From: Alphaproteobacteria bacterium
Lineage (GTDB): Bacteria > Pseudomonadota > Alphaproteobacteria > MPNO01 > UBA830
NCBI GenBank assembly: GCA_965243135.1
Contig: OZ251539.1
Location: 2,912,001-2,976,000 of the forward strand
Direction of reading: 5' to 3'
Length of the DNA stretch: 64,000 nt
Part shown: one piece after another, positions 58,953 through 64,000 of the stretch
Numbering within the stretch: position 1 is the stretch's first letter
How the letters are laid out: each line of letters starts with the position of its first letter
Notes under the pieces: generated by a model
The model's database searches: none
Seen by the model: only the letters and a program-made list of their open reading frames with translations
Told to the model about the DNA's origin: nothing
Program-made: the position numbers and the translations under genes

Positions 58953-60557
58953 ATGGAACTGTTAACGGGATCGGCCGTTTGGCTCGGTTTATTCTCCGTG
59001 GGAGTGCTCGCGGCTTGGCTGAAGGGGTTCCTCAACCAATTCCTGCCGCCGCCGCAACGGGCGTGGTTGGCCATCACGAATTGTCGTCGGACCCGGACGT
59101 CGCGCCCCGAGGATAGGTTTCGTTTCGTGTTGTGCTGGCTGGAAGACGACACTGCGGGACGCGACACGAAAACTGTCGGGCAGGCGTTCACAGGGGTTGA
59201 GGGTGTCGAACTGGTCCGCTCCGCATGTATCGTGAAGGCATCCGGTGCAGCGGATGATTGGCGGCTGGCGATGCGTAAAGGTGCCCGCAAAGTTCTGGAC
59301 AAATGGAAGGCTGATCTGACGGTCGTCGGCTCGGTCAAGGAGTCTGGAAAAGCTCTGAACCTGTGGGTCGTTCCGCGAGAAGGCGACGGCACGCTCCGTC
59401 TAGCGGACCGGCCATACGAATTGAAGAACGTGACGCTTCAAAAGGAGTTCCACGAAGACCTCCGAGCGCAGCTTGTCGCTGTGGCGCTCAGGGCCGTGGC
59501 TCCGCTCGCCGACACCGAAGTGCGCGGTCGAGTTCTGGAAAAGGAGCTGACTGCCGCCACCAAAAAACTTGCGACTTTGCTTAAGGGCGGCACAATCACT
59601 GGGGATGACCATCGCGCTGCCTTGTCTTTGGCGTATGGTGACGCCCTAGCGGCCTTGGGTGAGCGAGAGAGCGGGTCGGAGCGTCTGGAGCAGGCCGTTG
59701 ACGCCTACACGCAGGCGCTTGAGGTGTTCACCCGTGATGGTGCGCCGCTTCAGTGGGCCGTAACGCAGAACAATCTCGGCAACGTCCATCTGATCCTGGG
59801 CGAGCGAGAGAGCTCACCTGTGCGCTTGGAGCAGGCTGTCGACGCCTACACGCAGGCGCTTGAGGTGTACACATGCGAGGACGCACCGTTCCAGTGGGCC
59901 ATGACGCAGAACAATCTCGGCAACGCCCTTCGGACCCTGGGCGAGCGAGAGAGCGGACGGGATCGTCTGGAGCAAGCCATCGCTGCCTACACGCAGGCGC
60001 TCAAGGAGTTCAAGGAGTGCACCCGCAAGCGGGCGCCGCTTGAATGGGCCATGATACAGAACAATCTCGGCAACGCCCTTTGGACCTTAGGTGCGCTCGA
60101 GCAATCGCCGACACGCGTGGAGCAAGCCATCGCTGCCTACATGCAGGCGCTCAAGGAGCGCATCCGCAAGCGTGTGCCGCTTCAGTGGGCTACGACGCAG
60201 AACAATCTCGGCAGCGCCTATCAGACCTTGGGTGCGCTCGAGAAATCGCCGACACGCGTGGAGCAAGCCATCGATGCTTATACCCAAGCGCTCAAGGAGT
60301 GCACCCGCAAGCGTGCGCCGCTTGACTGGGCCATGATACAGAACAATCTCGGCAACGCCTATCAGACCTTGGGTGCGCTCGAGAAATCGCCGAAACGCGT
60401 GGAGCAAGCCATCGCTGCCCATAACAGAGCGCTTCAGGTGTTCGACGCCGAGGCGACGCCTCAAGACTGGCAGATGGCGCAGAACAATCTCGCTCGTGCC
60501 GTCAAACTCTTGCGCGAATTGGAGGCCGCGCACGGACCGGAAGACACTCGGGATTGA
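58953..60557 (+). CDS. Membrane-anchored tetratricopeptide repeat protein
   Basis: N-terminal TM; six QNNL(G) repeats of ~47 aa. Confidence 0.88.
   Translation: MELLTGSAVWLGLFSVGVLAAWLKGFLNQFLPPPQRAWLAITNCRRTRTSRPEDRFRFVLCWLEDDTAGRDTKTVGQAFTGVEGVELVRSACIVKASGAADDWRLAMRKGARKVLDKWKADLTVVGSVKESGKALNLWVVPREGDGTLRLADRPYELKNVTLQKEFHEDLRAQLVAVALRAVAPLADTEVRGRVLEKELTAATKKLATLLKGGTITGDDHRAALSLAYGDALAALGERESGSERLEQAVDAYTQALEVFTRDGAPLQWAVTQNNLGNVHLILGERESSPVRLEQAVDAYTQALEVYTCEDAPFQWAMTQNNLGNALRTLGERESGRDRLEQAIAAYTQALKEFKECTRKRAPLEWAMIQNNLGNALWTLGALEQSPTRVEQAIAAYMQALKERIRKRVPLQWATTQNNLGSAYQTLGALEKSPTRVEQAIDAYTQALKECTRKRAPLDWAMIQNNLGNAYQTLGALEKSPKRVEQAIAAHNRALQVFDAEATPQDWQMAQNNLARAVKLLRELEAAHGPEDTRD
59680..60500 (+). 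repeat. Intragenic ~141-bp tandem repeats encoding TPR units
   Basis: CAGAACAATCTCG at 59766, 59907, 60057, 60198, 60339, 60480 (spacing 141,150,141,141,141). Confidence 0.85.
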
Positions 60558-60906
60558 AGTACGCTCGGATCCTATACAGTTCGAAGCGGCAAGACGACTG
60601 GCGGCGAGGTTGAACTCGCCACCGGTGACGCCTTTGATCTTTTCAACGACCATAGGGACTCGAGTTTCTGTCGCGCTCTCGCGTTGGTTCGCTCCAAAAG
60701 GTGACCCGATTGACGGGACGGCGTTTGCAGCGCGACGTGCACGGGCTTGTCCGGAACGAACGTTTAGCATACGCCTCCGGACGCGATGCCGAAAGCCCGA
60801 ATGCGGCAATGGCCCTGTCGCCCTGTCGGCGATTACGCTGTCGCAGCCCCGCCATTTGGAGTTTTGATCGGGCAACTTGCCGAGCGGCTCAAGAGGGAAA
60901 AATGGC

Positions 60907-61839
60907 ATGACGGACCTCCAGAAGAGGACGGAACCTGCGGCGGCACCGACCGCGCCCGCATCGCCGCCGTCCGGGATTGCGCCGGAGCCTGAACCTGTCG
61001 CTCCGGACCGGCTATCTCCAGATCCTGGCTTGACTGCGCTGCCGCCCCCGTCGGCTTCGTTGTCCGCGGCCCGTCCTGCGGAACTGGTGGCGGAAACCGC
61101 CGACGCGGCGAACGAAACCGGAGACAGGTTGCTCGGAAAGATTCTCGGGCGGATCCCGGAAGCGGAAACGAACGTCAGAAAGCACATCGACGAGCGGCTG
61201 GCGGAACTGCCGGCCGCGATCGAAAGGCGCCTGACCGCCCCGCCGCGCCGCAACGCGCCGCCGGAGGCCGTTCCGAACCTGCTGGAGCTGATCTCCGCGC
61301 AGTCCGCCGAGACCGAAACCAACCTCGCCAAATTCATCGAGATGCGCACCGGCCGACTCGAAACGGCGGCGGACAAGTTCGCGGCCAACTCCCCGGAAGC
61401 CGCGGCGGTGCCCGAAGCGGCCGCCGCTCTCGAAGGCGCCGGGCAAACGGTCGTTCAGGCATCCGCGACCGCGGACGTCGTTCCGCCCGTCGCGGAAGTC
61501 GAACCCGCCGGACAGGCCGGCTCCCCCGCGAGCGTCGCGGCCGCCGCGGCCAAACTGGAAAAGCAGGTCCGCACCCACGCCGCCGACTTCCAGCGCTGGC
61601 AGTCGGTCAACCGGACCCGGAGCCGGCGGCTTGCGGCCGCCGCCGTCGCTATCGGAGCGCCGTGCCTGCTCGCCCTCGGCCTGCTCCTTCAGGCGCAGTT
61701 CGCGATCCTTCCGGCGCCGGACCCCACCAACGGCTGGCGCGACTTCGTCTGGAACCGCTTCGGCTCGGAAATCGCCGACTGCGTCCTCCGGGCGCGCGCC
61801 GCCGGCAAGCGGTCCGCCTGCGAGATCGTCGTCCCGTAG
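60907..61839 (+). CDS. Hypothetical backbone protein, Ala/Pro-rich with C-terminal TM
   Basis: High-GC codon style like tra region; TM near C-terminus, 'DPTNGWRDFVW', Cys pair; converges on primase gene. Confidence 0.65.
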   Translation: MTDLQKRTEPAAAPTAPASPPSGIAPEPEPVAPDRLSPDPGLTALPPPSASLSAARPAELVAETADAANETGDRLLGKILGRIPEAETNVRKHIDERLAELPAAIERRLTAPPRRNAPPEAVPNLLELISAQSAETETNLAKFIEMRTGRLETAADKFAANSPEAAAVPEAAAALEGAGQTVVQASATADVVPPVAEVEPAGQAGSPASVAAAAAKLEKQVRTHAADFQRWQSVNRTRSRRLAAAAVAIGAPCLLALGLLLQAQFAILPAPDPTNGWRDFVWNRFGSEIADCVLRARAAGKRSACEIVVP

Positions 61840-61842
61840 CGG

Positions 61843-64000
61843 CTACGCCTGAGACAAGCCGCCCCGGCCGGCCCGCCGCCCGGCCTCCTTCTCCCGCAAG
61901 GCGCGCCGCCGCGCCTCTTCGTCCGGCCAATGGTCGCGCCGGCAATGCGCCAGGGCGTCGGCGAGGCGGAAGATGCGTTCTCCCGTTTCGGGCGGGCGCG
62001 CGCCCCCGGCCTGCCTGACCAGGAGGCCGATCCCGTCCTTTCCGGCGTCCTCGCCGTCGGCCGCGATATCCTCGACGACGGCCTCGATCGTCCGTTCTTC
62101 CAGCGACTCCGACCACGGCCCGGCCTCGACCGTCTCCGTCCACCGGAGAACGTCGCCGCGCGCGAGGTCGGCGGGACCCGCGACGGCCGCCTCCGCGAGT
62201 TCCGCGCCCGGCGCCTCGAGCCGCGACGCGTCGTCCGGCCAGAGCGGTTTCCGGATCGCGTCGTCGCGTTCGTGAGCCTCTTCGACCTCCCGGACCGTCC
62301 AGGAGACGAGGTCGCCGCCCGCGAGGTGCGGGCCGTAGGTTTTCGCGTCCGCGAGAATGGCGCGTCCGGCGGCGAGCAGCCGTTCGCTCTCCGCCCGCCA
62401 GCCGGCGTAGGAGGGAACGTCCCTTATCGACGCCGCCGCGCTGCGTTCCCATTCCGCGAAGAGTTCCGTCCGCCGCGAGTCGTTCCTGTCCGCGGCCGCG
62501 ACGTACTCGTCGATGCGCCGCCGCGCCGCCCGTCCCTCTTCCAGATAGACCAGCGCCCGGTCGATCTGCCGTCCGGCGTCGTCGTCCAGGTCGGCGCGGA
62601 TCGCTTTCATGCGTTCGACGAACTCCGCGTGGCCATCGAGGTACATAACGTGAACTCCGACGTCGTCGGCGCGGACCGAGCGTTCCTTCCAGTCGGCGTT
62701 CAGCCGCTCCAGCCGTTCCTGAAGTCGCCGTCCTTCCGCCGCCCGTTCCGGATCGACCGGCCGCTCGCCGCGATCGATCGCCCGGAACACGTCCTCGGCC
62801 GTCCGCGCGCCGCGGAACGCCTCGCGGATCTTCTCCAGAAGCCGCGCGATCCGCGCGAACAGCCAGGAAACCTGCGCGCCGGTCTCGAGCCGGTTTTCGC
62901 TCCATCGGCGGTAGGCTTCGGCGACGGCCTCTTCGATCTGCGCCTCTTCCGGCCGGTCGGCGTAGCGCGTCCGGATGCCGAAGGCGTCGAGCCATTCGTC
63001 CCGCGCCCGCGCCGCGAGCGCTTCCCAATCGCCGTCGGAAAACGCGCCGAGATCCCGCAGCGCGTGGACGATCTCGTGCCGCAGCACGCTCCGCATCGTG
63101 CCCGGTTCGGCCAGCGCGACCTCGATGACGCCGCGGGCGTAGCGGCCCATCGCCTCGTCCGCCGGATCCGCGGTCAGCCGCAGGCCGACCGCTCCGGCGC
63201 CGATCGCGTCGAGTTCCGCCCGCAATTCCGCGAACGCCGCTTGCCGCTCCGTCTCCGGGAACGTCCGCCGCGGTCCGTCCATCTCCGCGCGACGCGCCTC
63301 GCGCGGTCCGCCGGACGCGCCCGTCAACGGGCCGAGCGCCGCCCGCAGCGCGTCCGGCCCCGGATCGAGCAGGTCGTCGTTCGCGTCCTTGCCCTGCGGC
63401 AGCGCCCGCGAAACCCGGACCTCCGAGTCGGCGAACCGCGCCTGCAGCGATTCCCACGCCCGTTCGCCCGCCGCGTCGCGGTCCTGAACCAGAACCGCCT
63501 CGCGGACCTGCGCCGGAATTTCGACGCCGGCGATCCTTCCGGCCGACAGGGTCGCCGCCACCGCCAGCCCCTGGCGCTCGCCCGGGGTCAGCACCCGCAG
63601 GACGGCCATGGCGTCCTCGATCCCCTCGCACAGCGCGACCCGTTTCGCCGTCCGCGGATCGCCGAACCAGACCGCGCCGCGACCGGGCATGCCCATGTTG
63701 CGCTTGCGGCCCTCGATTTCGGCCGGGCGGCCGTCCGGCGCGAGGAAGATGCGGTGAACCGCTTCCAGGGTTCCGTCGGGCGTCCGCACCGGCGCCAGCA
63801 GCGCCGGCAGCGCCCTGGTTTCGCCGTCCGCCTGGACCCACGCGCCGGGATGGAAGCGAAGATCCTGCGCGTCCGCCGGCGACAGCCCGCGGCGCCGGAG
63901 ATAGCGGGCCGCGGGGGTCTCGGTTCCGACGCCGCGCCCGCTGCGCAGGAACTGCTGAAGCCGCCGCGCGTCGGCCCGCGGCCGTTCCGCGCTCCCGGCT
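61843..64000 (-). CDS. Multidomain TOPRIM primase-like protein with zincin-like HExxH domain, 5' partial
   Basis: Frame open to window edge: 'YLRRRG', 'LRFHP', 'HRIFL', 'CEGIEDA', 'QDRDAAG', 'KDAND'; then 'LRHEIVHAL...EEAVAE'. Confidence 0.8.
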   Translation of the reverse strand, partial: AGSAERPRADARRLQQFLRSGRGVGTETPAARYLRRRGLSPADAQDLRFHPGAWVQADGETRALPALLAPVRTPDGTLEAVHRIFLAPDGRPAEIEGRKRNMGMPGRGAVWFGDPRTAKRVALCEGIEDAMAVLRVLTPGERQGLAVAATLSAGRIAGVEIPAQVREAVLVQDRDAAGERAWESLQARFADSEVRVSRALPQGKDANDDLLDPGPDALRAALGPLTGASGGPREARRAEMDGPRRTFPETERQAAFAELRAELDAIGAGAVGLRLTADPADEAMGRYARGVIEVALAEPGTMRSVLRHEIVHALRDLGAFSDGDWEALAARARDEWLDAFGIRTRYADRPEEAQIEEAVAEAYRRWSENRLETGAQVSWLFARIARLLEKIREAFRGARTAEDVFRAIDRGERPVDPERAAEGRRLQERLERLNADWKERSVRADDVGVHVMYLDGHAEFVERMKAIRADLDDDAGRQIDRALVYLEEGRAARRRIDEYVAAADRNDSRRTELFAEWERSAAASIRDVPSYAGWRAESERLLAAGRAILADAKTYGPHLAGGDLVSWTVREVEEAHERDDAIRKPLWPDDASRLEAPGAELAEAAVAGPADLARGDVLRWTETVEAGPWSESLEERTIEAVVEDIAADGEDAGKDGIGLLVRQAGGARPPETGERIFRLADALAHCRRDHWPDEEARRRALREKEAGRRAGRGGLSQA

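Noticed and set aside
60604-60621. GGCGAG/CTCGCC hairpin after the TPR gene as a terminator
   Set aside because: Short stem without an immediate U-tract; insufficient support
1-64000. CRISPR array, tRNA, rRNA, integrase, oriT
   Set aside because: None recognised by eye; the only regular repeats are coding TPR units. Short structured RNAs could have been missed

Overview
Part of a GC-rich conjugative element (plasmid or ICE; no replicon, integrase or tRNA att site is in view). 1-21.75 kb is one + strand, translationally coupled operon: type IVb pilus genes (pilR, pilS, two pilV-like genes, a prepilin peptidase fusion), then a Dot/Icm (IncI-like, type IVB) transfer system (dotD, dotC, dotB, icmT, dotI, dotH, dotG, dotO, dotA) ending in a VirD4/TraG-type coupling protein. 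21.75-60.6 kb is defence-rich cargo: an AT-rich GHKL-ATPase + PRTase-like gene pair, a three-gene DISARM-like module (SNF2 helicase, N6-adenine MTase, helicase-DUF1998-nuclease) split by IS1380, a dcm / MTase-like / MORC-ATPase module whose vsr is interrupted by a 235-bp MITE, a PLD nuclease with a probable PUA/EVE-like domain, an Avs-like STAND ATPase-nuclease, a TPR protein, a relic dcm and decayed IS630, ISKra4 and IS110 elements. Two diverged backbone copies (a virD4 piece and the 61-62 kb junction) bracket 49.6-58.9 kb, suggesting capture of a sibling element's cargo. Backbone resumes at 60.9 kb with a TOPRIM primase-metallopeptidase protein running off the window. All family calls are by-eye motif recognition; no searches were run.
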